This document shows, piece by piece, positions 36,135 to 50,160 of a stretch of DNA of 50,160 bases; within the stretch, counting starts at the first letter, position 1; each line of letters starts with the position of its first letter. The stretch covers positions 1 through 50,160 of the forward strand of contig DF237572.1 of NCBI GenBank assembly GCA_000708835.1. Direction: 5' to 3'. Source of the stretch: Klebsormidium nitens (taxonomy: Eukaryota > Plantae > Klebsormidiophyceae). The position numbers were made by a program, and so were the translations under genes. Under the pieces are notes generated by a model. It did not search any database. It was not told the origin of the DNA and was given only the letters and a program-made list of their open reading frames with translations.

Positions 36135-39100
36135 ATGACTCCTGACGAGGAACTGCTCGATCTCCAGAAGAAGTATCACCTGCTAGGTGAGCTGGGGTGT
36201 GGGGTCGATTGCATTCTCAAGTGTTTGGAAAAGTCGGTGTGGTAGGTTGCATACTTCAACTCGTGAAACTGTGCTAGGAAATTTTTCATGCAGCTGTTTG
36301 TCGTTGGTAAGGTGCCCAGCAACTGACTCTGTGTGACTATTTCTCAGGTTCCACGACTAGCAATTGCCAGACAGTTGTTGCACTGCGCAGCAACATGTTC
36401 ACCCAGTAGTTTCGAAACACATTGCCTCTTTCAGCAGTAACGTTCAGAGAACGGAAGGAAACCTACTCTGATCATGATTCTGAGCCCGTCGATTTCAAAT
36501 CTAGGGGATCTTTGGAGGCCTACTTTCTGTTCAATCAAGCCCTGGTGCTTCTTTCAAGGAAGTTTTAGGTCTTCAGCCCATCAGGGGTTTCCTCTCAGTT
36601 TACTCACAGCCGGATGGAACATCTCTGGGCTCTATCGTAAAAGCATCCAAGGAGCCGACACTTTGGGCAAAACGACAACAATCTCATTGCGGTGTAGAGG
36701 GCGACCGGAAGGCGTACTACGAGACGTCGCAATGGACAATCAAGCAGAACCGGGACACTCTGGCAACGGCCAAGAAGGAGAACAAGGACCTGCGTGCCCA
36801 GCTGGCGGCCATCCAGGCGGGGAACAGCGCGCGGGGCACGAGCGCAGGAAAGGAGACGGCGCGGCAGGAGATGCGCAAGCTGACGGAGCAGGTGGCGGAG
36901 CTGCGCAAGAAGTATGACGACACGCGGCAAAGGTGCCTACGGATACAGGCGCAGGTGAGGCAATGCAGGCATGATTCTTTTGATAGTTGGGGTATGCAGA
37001 CGTGAAGTTGGAGAAATGCCGAGGGAACATCGTCTGTGAGCTTTGCACAGGGGCCGCACACAGTCGGACGGTTGCTGAAAAGACGAAAGACGGAAAAGCG
37101 CGAGAAACAATGTGCTACGAGACAACAAGTCAAGTCTCTGGCGATGCACAGCTGTCCAGGGCAAGTCGGATGCGCACCTGCTGCAGCTTATGTGCATCGA
37201 AATTGCCGGTCTACTAGAGGCTTGGTGTCCTCAGAAGATTGCAGACAAAGAAACAGGTTGGATGCGGGGCGATAGTCTTGTGGGGACATGTCAAGTGAAG
37301 GAAGTACCAATACAGTGTTAGACGTTCAGACCGTCGTCATTCTCTTAGTCGACAAGTGCTTTCCTCCAGAAAGCCAGTGTCCCGATCCAAAGAATCTGCC
37401 GCTTTTGCCGCAGGTGGACAAACAAGAAGCGGACACCAAAGCCCTGGAGATCGACGCAGGGGTGTACGGGGCAGACACGGACCCGTCCGTGCAGCAGCAC
37501 ATTCGCATCTTGGAAAACCGATTAGACAAGGCGCTCATCAAGTTCAACGAGGCGCAGTCCATCAAGCGGACGTACGAGCAGATTGTGCGGCGGCTGCGCG
37601 AGGAGCGCATCACCTTTGACAACCAGGTGGGGCAGTCGTACGGCATCGAGAGGCCCGTAATGGTCTTGAGTATGCTGATGTCGCATAAATCTCGTGCCGT
37701 TCGTGGAAGGACGGTTGAACCCGTTACGATTTCTGAAGGCGACTACTAACGAGGAGCCGGGAATGTCTGCGACCAGAAACGAGGCTCAGCAATCAGCTAA
37801 ATTTCAGTGGGTGGTTTGCAGCGCAGAAATTTGGTTCGCTCGTAGGCGTCCTCGCACTCAAAATATTTGTGACCAGATGCAAGTCGAAACGGGAAGCGCA
37901 ACCGCAACCGCAACCACACCAACCACGGGAAGATGTGGAGGCTTTGATCGCTGAAGCAATGATTTGTGGTGCCCTCTGCAGTTGGCGGCAATTGGGCGCA
38001 CGCTGAAGGCTAAGGAGCACGACCTGGACGACTTGATTCTGATGTCGCACGAGGCCAACCACGCCAAGGAAATAGCCAAGGCCGACCTCGCCAGGGTGAG
38101 CCGCGTACGGCAGAATTAACCCTCAAAGAAGGGCTTGCCACGTGAAGTAGGTTGCTGCTCGTGGTTTGGAAACGTTCTGGTATTTTTGAAGCACCTCAAG
38201 ATTGTTGTTTTCACTGCCTCTTTTGATGGCCCGTCGCCACGTCCATGGAGCAGAATGTCAGGGCAAATATTCTGGGTAACCGCGAAAAACGCGTTAGTTT
38301 ACTGGAAGAGATTCACTGGCTTTGAGCGAGTCCACGGTTCTCCACCCACGGAAGGAATGAGTTCCAAGCTCCAGGGGATTTTTTCGGAAAGGCCTCCTGT
38401 GCTGCGTAGGTGCCACGTGGACGCACTTGGGCGCCTCGATTGATGCGAAGAAACGGGTATGATTGTCGGCTGACGGCAACACTCCGGGTAAAGCCATATC
38501 CGAGGCGTAAATATGACGAATCGGTATTCACCAACAGTTACTGGGCGCGTTGCAGGTGGACGGCGCGATCCATCACGAGCGCGGGGCGCGCGAGCGCGAG
38601 CTGGCGGACCGGCGCGCATACGTACTGGCGCTGCAGAACCGGGCCAAGCTGGAGCTGTCGTCGCGCATGGAGATGCGCGATAAGAACAGGAAAGATCTCC
38701 AGACAGAGGTAAGCTGCCGCGCACGCCAACTTGGACATGCGCCTGGGGCGAAGCTCGTTTATCATCTCGGATTCCATTTTTGTGCGATAGGCTCTGCGAA
38801 TCAAAGGGCGAGTCATACATGCTTGCCCCGACACCCGAGAAGCACATTCGGGCCAGCTCGAGTGGCCGCTGCGTTCTAATTTTCGACCTTTCAGAAATCG
38901 TGTAAGCTTTGTTCAAGAATGTTTGATTGTCAGGTACTTTGAACCATCTAAGCGATCGCCCCTGATGATTGCTCGCATTCGCAGAAAGATTTCCAAGCAT
39001 CAAAGTGCCGAATCTTTCGTGTCCTAGTCTGAAGCGCACAAGCCTGCCTCTGCGCAGATGCTGGACGAGGCGGCGTCGGGCGACGCGCGCACGCCGGGCG

Positions 39101-41424
39101 ACGGCAAGGGCGAGGGCGGCGAGGCGCGGAGCGCGGCCGCGCTGGACGAGGTGCAGAAGAAGATAACGTCGTACGAGGAGGCGTTCCGCAAGATTAAGGA
39201 GGCCACCGGGCTGACGGACGTGAATGAGGTCATCCAAAAGTTCATGACGCAGGAGGAGACGGCCAATAACCTGAAGCACCTCACGCGCGAGACGCAGGGC
39301 AAAATCGACGCGCTCAACGAGGAGACCGCGGCAGCCAAGGTCAGCCGCGTTGCCGCCAAGAGGAGCGCAGGGTGCTGAGGGATCAATCGGCCATGCTTGT
39401 GGCATGCCTTGGTGATACGGTCTGCTTTTCGACCAAAGGTGCCTGCTAGTAATGAAATCCAGTCAGCTAGAGCTGCTCAGTTACTCTCGAGAGATCTTTC
39501 ACAATGATCATACAGAGTGGGCTAGGGTCTTGCCCGGCGGCGAGAAATTGGCCCCCTTGAAAAGCGGCGCCTCACACAAGGCCACCCTTTCTCTGCACAC
39601 ATCCACTGCTCATCCCTCCCCCCAAGTTCTTCCGAACCGTCGTCAAACCCTGCCTCTACGATCCAAAGTGAAAAACAGTTGGTCACCAGACTGCTGCGCA
39701 AACCACTCCCTCACCCTGCTCCGAAACTACTTCCCTGTATTCTCATGAACATCCTTTTGCAGGCCAAGGTCGAGGAGGTGAAGTACTCCGGTTCGGGCGT
39801 GGGTGGCGGACGGCGGCTGGTGGACGAGTTTGAGGCGCGGCTCGCGGACGCGAATGCCAACTGCGAGCGCGCGCAGAAGAAGTACGAGCGCGTGGCCAAG
39901 ATCCTGGTGAACATGAAGGCCGGCACGCAGCACGTGGCGGACAAGCTGGAAGTCATCAAGACGGACCAGGCACGTGACTTTGCCGCAGAGTGTTTTGTTT
40001 TCCAACGTAGGACGAAAGGGAAGGTTTCAGAATTCGGCTCAAAAGAAATGCGCGCTTTGTCTCGAAAACGGTTACCTTGTACACAGCAAACCTTTTGATC
40101 CACACCCCTGATCGATGTGAATGCTAAGCCTTGGAACGGCATAGATTAGTGAAAAGCCACTAAGACCGAAGGACTCAACCTGATTGCAAGTGGCCGAATG
40201 AAGTTTCGCAGCCAACTCTTTCGGCAAGCAGCCGCGCATCATACTTATTAAAAACGAGTCCCTTGCTAACGCTCCTTCGGGGCGAACCACAGACAAAAGT
40301 AGGCGACATGAAGTGTGCCATCAGTCAGCCGCCAAATCTGAAAATGGATTTGTACCCACCATGACGCCTTGACGTCTTACGATGTGCAGCCGGGCCAGGC
40401 GCAGCTGACGGACGAGAGCATCGCGGACGTCCTGCAGCAGTGCGAGCAGCGGCTCATCCGGACGCTGGACAGCTTCGCGGGCGACGACGAGCTGGCACGT
40501 GCCGTCGAGGAAGTGGAGATGGCCCGCAGCACCCCGTCGGGGGGGGACTCTAGTGACGGCGCCCTGGACCAGCGGATGCAGAACAACGTCCGGATCGGTG
40601 TGAATGCGCACGTGACAGGGGATGAGGAGAGCGACGGCTACTTCACCGATGATGAGGAGGTGAGGGGAACGTAACCGGGTTCTCAATTGGTAGCCCCATA
40701 AGGTTATTGCGCTCAAAATGGATGTAGGAAAGTTGGATTTCAAGATAAAGCGGTTTGTTTGGACGACGCATGTAAGGGCGCTCTCACGTGCATCCCTTAC
40801 GACCTGCATGAGCATGGGAGAGGTCGGTTCGCAGCTCCTCTACAGTGCGCATCCGATTCCGAGGTTCTTGTGCTAAAAAACTCCGTTACCCTGCTTTCCT
40901 ATCTCCAAAGTTGGACGAGTGTGAACAGATTCGAGGGTCAATATGCTCGCAAACATTCTCGTCCTGGACACAATATCTCGAGGCTTCTATCACTGAAGTT
41001 TCTTCGTCAATTCTTGACGACGAGGGCAGCCTATCAAAGGGACGCTCTACTCTCCTGCTTTGCTGGCTTCGCTCAGCTGGCCGTCACGTCCGCACCCGAG
41101 CGCCTCGCATAAAGTCGGCATAATCGAGCGCGTGCAGCGTCTAGGAATCCTCAGATTGTTGTTCATCTTGTTTTGCAGGATGAGCGGGACGTCCCAGACC
41201 GGTTGTTCGTCAAAGCAGCGTCGCTGCAGATGATGCAAAAGGCGGCGCAGCGCTTCAAAAAGAAGATGGGCCGATTCACGTCCATGGCAGGGCGACACAG
41301 CCCGAGCGATCACGGCCTCGGCTCTGAGTCACCGCTGTCCACCTTGTCGCCCAACTGGGGCTCTAGCACGCCCCCGCCCGTCAAGGGCAAGGTCAGCCAG
41401 GGCAAAAAGGCCGACCCGGAATAA
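36135..41424 (+). CDS. CCDC151: Outer dynein arm docking/assembly coiled-coil protein CCDC151/ODAD3/ODA10, 9 exons, ~597 aa
   Basis: Exons 36135-36186, 36698-36954, 37414-37626, 37982-38095, 38556-38708, 39058-39339, 39763-39969, 40390-40659, 41179-41424 (1794 nt). [26 protein letters not shown] matches the CCDC151 N-terminal signature (LEGDRKAFFESSQWNIKKN in human, from memory). Also IRILENRLDKA, FRKIKEATG, EEVKYSG and an acidic patch followed by DRLFVKAAS. Confidence 0.88.
37897..37914. repeat. Short (CGCAAC)3 microsatellite in CCDC151 intron 3
   Basis: CGCAAC CGCAAC CGCAAC followed by degenerate CACACCAACC. Confidence 0.8.
39970..40389 (+). other. Non-canonical GC-AG intron (CCDC151 intron 7, 420 nt)
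   Basis: ACG GAC CAG|GCACGT ... GATGTGCAG|CCG GGC CAG keeps frame. The GT 4 nt downstream would shift the frame. Confidence 0.7.
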
Positions 41425-42567
41425 GGGCGTCTTTGAGTAACTTTTTGGCTTCACTCCAGGGCGACGTGCGGCACAAAAATGGGAGATCCGTTGGAGACGC
41501 CAAGCGTGGACACTGCCATACCCACGATTGTACTCTACCGCTCAGAGAATCAATCTATATATCCAGAGAACCGTGCCAACTTCTTAAGTGCATTTTGAAC
41601 GGCAGGATTTGCATGCGAGAATACACCAGTGTGGTTACGAATGCAATGACAAGAGCTCAGCACGGCGCACCAGTAACGTGCCCAATGAGAATATTGTGGA
41701 TAAGCTAGGTGCGTTCGGTGCAAAGCCTGCTGGGTCCACATGCGCGGGAAACCCCCAGCATGGAAATGCACTAGTGACGGCTAGGTGACCGGCCAGTATA
41801 TATAGGAGCCAGATCGACGCTACGATTCCTTCTCGGTCTTTGCAAAGTTAGCAAGCCACTGCTGACAGCTGCATGCACACATGTATTGCATTGAGATTGA
41901 CATGGCACGCAGCCCACAGTGCAATATCGTGTACGATACCCCCAGGCTTGCAAAAGCTGTTCAATATCAATTGCTTGTGTTAAGAGGACCGTTGCAGGTC
42001 AGCCGAAAGTCAAATGGATCATCATTTTCTTTGGTTGAGGAGTTCACGCATGTCGGGCGGGATACTTTGCCACAAGGAACGGAAATTTGCGCAACTGAGC
42101 GGCACTGTATAAGATTGATTATGAAACACAAAGCCTATGGCCTAGGATAGTCCCCGAATCTTCACAATACTTCCATGCATGCCTTTGCGAGGTGCTCCTA
42201 CGCCTATGTGTGTCAAGTCTGCCTACAGCGTTCTATCAATCCTTCATACCAGTACAGGTTCTATCCATGTCACATCTTAGAAAGCTTTAAACCCAAAGCA
42301 CTTCAAGATCCACTAGCCTCCTAGACCTGTTTGTCGCTAGCCTCCTCGCCTTGGTGGCAACGTGCTACTGCATACAGCTAACGAAAGCAGGCCCCCAGAG
42401 CTCTTGCTTCCTTCAATGCAGTCCATTATGAATTGGGCGTCGTTTACCCAGCAACTATCCCTACTTGATCTAGAAAAAGTACAGTGTCCTACACAAAGCA
42501 AGCTCCTCTACACGGTGAGTACGTCTTCCCTTCGATCTATCCCCTCAGAGCTATAACACGAACAACA

Positions 42568-45624
<3,057 letters not shown>

Positions 45625-45859
45625 GTCAAGAGAGTGCCCAGAATTGCCAGGCGGATTTCCCCTCCGAACAGCGACCATGTGCCTCCTTTCAAGCAGCAAG
45701 GATGGCGCCCTGAAACACCAGAAGACTGACCCAATGAACACTGTTGACACTCCGCGCTTGCAGTTGGCCGCGCCTCAGGCTCATGCAGGCAGCCTTGGAA
45801 GTCACGCAGGGTGCATTCCCCTTCCTGGAAGCCAGTAGAGAGAACCTGTAATGGCGTCA

Positions 45860-46146
45860 CGACTTAGGTAGCCCCACTGGGCGCAGGCTTGGGCCGGCGC
45901 TTCCCGTAGTCCCTAATCCCCGGATCGCCAAAACCCGGAATCTTGAAAATCCCGGATTGCACAATGCTCGTCGACAAAATCGCGCACCGCGGGGGGGACG
46001 ATACGTGCGTCGCCGCAGGTCGGGCTGGCGGTAGCCGCTACGGTGGCGGGCTCGGCCCGGGTATCCTCACTTTATGCATTTTCCCGGCATTTAACCCTAT
46101 TAAATCTGCGCGGTCCTAGAACCCCCATTACCAGAGCCGAACTAGC
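45860..46146. promoter_or_regulatory. GC/CpG-rich core promoter patch upstream of CCT (possibly shared with the orphan gene)
   Basis: A local GC-rich island with three CCCGGA motifs within 45918-45958, TGGGCC near 45890 and AACCCTA near 46093. Function is inferred from position. Confidence 0.4.
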
Positions 46147-46927
46147 ATGGAGTTCAGCGCGGCGCTCTGGGTCTGCCACCAGTGCGTTCATGGTTAGGCT
46201 ACTCTACTGCTCTTCTTAAAGAGATGTTATTGAAAGTCAATGCTCGGTTGGTCTCACCTGTTCATACTCTCGCAAGCTATTTCCGGCTCATACATTCTTC
46301 TTGTGTGGTTAGTCGCCAGGCCCCGTACATGAGATCTCCGAATTTGGGTTGAGCTAGCGTGGACCTGGGGTTATTGCAAGCTATCAAATAGCGTAGAAGC
46401 GCTGGATAGAGAAGATGAGGCCCTTCAGATCCGGACTGCATTAAAGATGGAGCTTTTGTAGCTATGGTTTTCCTCGGACGCTGAAGGATTTGGCTCATTA
46501 CATTCATTTGACCTTTCAGTGAAACCTTTGATTTTCAGAAGGCTGCCTGCATGCCGCTAGTCAACAGCGCTAGCAGGAAGTGCGGTTGTGCTTTCAGCAG
46601 GCTTTAAGCCTGCTATGCAGCTAGCTCTAACAATATTGTGAACTTACTAGCTCATACTTCTTTGCAGTACGCACAACAATCGCCTGGCCGCTTTCAAAAG
46701 AGAGACCGGTGGTCGGTATTCTGGCTGGCAAATGCCTCGTGGAGAAAAGGCCATTCTCCAGCTCCAGGTGCTTCAATTTTTGTGCCAATGCCTCTTTTGG
46801 AAGATTGCTCTGTTCATAGCACTAATTTTATGTCCACCAAGAATGTCTTTCCGCATAGCCTAAGGTCACTGCAGCCCGCTCTAGGATGTGGGGAATACTG
46901 CCGTGCGTCGGTGTCCTGCTGAACAGT

Positions 46928-47285
46928 GGTTCTTTTGATCAGGAATTTTAACTTACCATCTATTGTCTGGGAGGAAGTTCTCCAGATCTGCTCTCATGGG
47001 GGTTCTGGGATCATACAAGTGCAGGCTTCCAACTTTAGGGTTAGGAAGGGTGGAGTTGGTTCTTTTCTTCGGAAATTTCTCCTGGTTCTCCTGATTCTCC
47101 TGGTTCTTTTCTTCGGAAATTTCATCTAACCATCTATTGTCTTATGCTTGTCTTATGCAATCGGAGAAAGTTCCACTCAAGATCAGGTTTGATTGGGGGA
47201 TCATATAAGTGCACGCTTCCAACATTGAGGGTTTTAGAACGCGGGATGTTTCTTCTTGAGGCTTACCTACGCCTGGTTCTTTGGC
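46928..47285. repeat. Diverged tandem duplication, 174-bp period, with internal short repeats and telomere-like motifs
   Basis: GGTTCTTTT at 46928/47102, ACCATCTATTGTCT at 46955/47129 and GGGATCATA.AAGTGCA.GCTTCCAAC in both units. A 22-nt GGTTCTTTTCTTCGGAAATTTC occurs at 47058 and 47102, and TTTAGGGTTAGG lies near 47034. Confidence 0.85.
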
Positions 47286-47632
47286 CCTCAACCTTTGTTT
47301 AGGTTCTTGCTCGGAAGCGTTGTCGAAACTTAAAGCTCAATCTGCTTCAGCAAATGTCTTTGTGCGCTAGCGCATCAACACGGTTACGTTTTAAACCCTC
47401 AATGCTTTGAGCATTCGAAGGGAGCACACAATCAGGAATCCTAGGTACTTCTCTGCTTTGCTGGACGGGCGATACTCAAACATGCTCATGCTCAGTACTC
47501 GATAGATCATCAAACGCGTCTTCGTACAGAGAGTCCTCTCAACTTGCCAATGTACCTCCTCACATCCCTTCTTCGGGAACCTTGCAAGTCCATGTGCTTT
47601 AAGCCATTTCTCACTCAAGTTTTCTTTTGCAG

Positions 47633-49619
47633 ACGGCGTACCCTAACCTCGTGCAGCTTCACGAGACGGTCACAATTCCAGAACTCAACAGCCCGGATTT
47701 ACAAAAGCGCTTGGCCACTGGAGCGGCGCACTTTGTCAGATGCCCTCTTCTGACCCCTGTCGAGCAAGTCCAACTCCTACGCGCAACATATTCCGTTTTC
47801 TCATCAACCTCTTTCTCCGCAAAGAGAAAATTGGGGGTTGCCAACAAGATGGAAGCGGAAGATGGGGTTGTCACCCAGGTTCGTGGGGTCAAGAGCGCCG
47901 AGTTTGCCCTGTACCCATACATAGACGATCCATGCCAAGATCTTGGTGGCATGGGGGTTCGTGAGCAGCACGAAAGGCCTAAAGACGGGCAGACTTTTGC
48001 GGAGGTCTTCAAGAGGCACGGTCTAACCAGAAAGGGCCTGATTGACGTCGAGCCGGAAGACCCAATGAACAAGAACAGAACGTCCTTTGCAACCGTCATA
48101 CAAGATTTGCTACACAAAAAAGGTGAGCCTGAGAATATGACTTTGCAAGCTCTCTTTCACTGCTAGTGGGCTACCAACTTCATGCTCTTCTTCATCTCCT
48201 CTTTTTTTTTAGGACAAACTCGTAAGGCAGGAGTCTACATAAGAACACACTCATTGGCCGTACAATCAGCCTCACTCGTCATCTATTCGACCCTCGCACG
48301 CTCTCTCTTCAATATGTCTTGGTCACTTTCTCCTCGTAAGGTTTGTTAAGGAAATTTTGCATCTTGTTTAAAGCTGCTCGTTTTTCTAGTTTAGCACGCC
48401 TCTTCCGGCCTTGGATCGATCGGAGCTTGGAAAATGTAAGTAACTCAACATTTCGCACATCGTTCAACTGACCCCAAGTGTGAAGTACCATACTATTGAA
48501 ACAAGCACTATAACGGATTCATTTTGGCAGCACGAAGTACAAGACTTGTCCTTCCGACCTTTCGCAGGCGTGCAATGGTCTCCGGACGACGACTTTTTGT
48601 CTGGCCCCAAAGTCCCCCCCGGCGTGTCTCCACACAAGGTCACAGGATACGTCAAGCAAGACGGCCACTTCACCTTGGACCATGCCGAGTGGATTGGTGC
48701 GGTTGCCGCCAACCTTCTTGGGCTGCTCTTCCCTCACCTTACTGCTGGCTACGTCACCAACTCCCTCTCTGGCCTCGGCCTCAAAACCGACGAAGAAGTA
48801 AGCCTCTTGATTTCTGGCCATGATAAATGTGGCCATGATCAATGTGGCAATGACTGATGTTGCCCTCGGATAGATCTATGCTTTCATTAGGCCCGCTGGC
48901 GCCAAATCTGATGGGGCAGAAAGCTCCTTCACCTCTCGCTTAAATTCTTTTACTACATCAATCTCAAACCAGGTTGCCTTCGGTCTGCGTCCATGTTGCG
49001 ATCATAACATTGGTACATCAAGCTTGCACCCCCTTCAATCAACCTTTTAGGTCCACTTTGAATTGGATATCCCTGACTTTGGAAACGCCACGTACAACCC
49101 TTGGTTCATTTTTTAGATATGGTTTGTGCAAATGTTGCCGCTGACCGTGCAATCGTGGATTCTGTCGACGAGTTCTTTGTCGCGCTTGTTCGCAAACTTG
49201 CAAGGCCTACCTTCACGGAGGCCTAATTTCGAAGCAATCATTCAATGCATTTCCCTATGCAGGTTCTCCAGATCTTGCGCGCGGAAGACAAACGTGCAGC
49301 TCAGGCCAAGGGGAAGAAGACCCTTAGAGATGAGGAGTATGATGCCCTATACGAGGAGTTTGGGGCCCTCTGGTGGGCCCCGGACCTCACTACCTACGAA
49401 GCTGCGAGAAGGCTCGAGGAAGTTCTCGAGCTGTGTTTCGGGGGCCTCTTTACTGAGGCATGCACGCAACGGTGGTTGGACGAGACTGTCCCGGCTGACG
49501 TCCAAGAGCGTCTCAAGTCGTGGACTCCACTACGGAGGTTTTGCTTCGTGAGGGACGGCTCGGTGACCCTGCCGCCCCAGTTCTACCTGGACCATGGAAT
49601 CAAAATCCACATCATGTGA
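47633..49619 (+). CDS. Orphan spliced protein-coding gene, 5' exons unresolved (at least 358 aa)
   Basis: Exons 47633-48122 (phase 1 end, GTGAGC), 48568-48797 (CCTTTCGCAG acceptor; GTAAGC donor) and 49263-49619 (CCTATGCAG acceptor, TGA) join in frame with 445- and 465-nt introns. I recognised no domain. Confidence 0.65.
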
Positions 49620-50160
49620 GTCTCATGCTCTCTAGTCACTTCTAAGAAGTTCCGCCTCAAAACATGCAAGGGTTGAGAAGTTTAAAGGTTCCAGCTCCCG
49701 CCCTCGTTCTATGGTGCACAGAGCTTTCAGAACACATTGTTTGCTCCTCAATGGTGGATCCCCCTAAAGTCCGAAGGGCTTTTGTTCCCATTCTTCAAAC
49801 TTCCTTTAATGCGGATTAGTTGCGGGGAGAGCTTTGCTTTCACGACTCCAGCTAAATGCCTAGAAATTCTTTCTATCTTTCCGCACTGCTATGTGTGTCC
49901 AGCCCCGCGCCTCTCTCATCACGTTGTTTATAGATGCTCCGGCTTCAGAGGCTCAAGTTTCAAATGTTCCGGAAACCCTCTATTTATTTTATTTTTTCTC
50001 TCTCAATGCTTCTGCTCCAACTTGCGACGTGAGAGGGTATTTGAGAAGAAACGTCTGGACAGCAAAAGGCTCTCTATTTTGACACGTGATGCAACGCGGC
50101 TCACGTGTTTATGGGCTTAAACAAAGGCCTTAGTGGCAACTTCGGGTCAGAGGCTGAAAG

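Noticed and set aside
35849-36136. 95-aa minus-strand ORF and other short ORFs between dynein and CCDC151
   Set aside because: No coding-like codon bias, splice structure or recognisable motif.
36377-36394. GTTGC-N8-GCAAC inverted repeat resembling an RFX X-box near CCDC151
   Set aside because: The spacing is too long for an X-box, it lies in intron 1, and RFX is not known from green plants or algae.
49737-50120. 127-aa plus-strand ORF at the right edge
   Set aside because: TTG start, AT-rich UTR-like composition, no splice signals or motifs. It is probably the orphan gene's 3' UTR or intergenic sequence.

Overview
This is intron-rich eukaryotic nuclear DNA, most likely from a flagellated-stage green alga. 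Plant-like Kae1 and CCT occur together with axonemal genes, including an outer-arm factor that land plants lack, so a streptophyte alga such as Klebsormidium is a reasonable inference, though unproven. I traced seven genes by hand. In order they are: a partial multi-pass membrane protein running off the left edge (-; absent from the ORF track), Kae1/OSGEP (-; 3 exons), an ICME/arylformamidase-like alpha/beta hydrolase (+; 4 exons), a complete single-headed inner-arm dynein heavy chain of DNAH3/7/12 type (-; 38 exons, ~4240 aa), CCDC151/ODA10 (+; 9 exons, head-to-head with the dynein), CTP:phosphocholine cytidylyltransferase (-; 7 exons), and an orphan spliced gene (+; at least 3 exons). There are no supportable tRNA, rRNA, CRISPR or intact transposon features. 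The most notable structures are tandem duplications inside the three longest dynein introns. Two of these copy a splice junction, and one creates a stop-free 99-nt alternative acceptor in AAA3. Also notable are a very narrow intron-length distribution, CpG-dense exons with unusual splice-flank motifs in the ciliary genes, two GC-AG introns, a near-perfect 34-bp palindrome and several short tandem repeats. I found no clear evidence of a wholly new multi-gene system.
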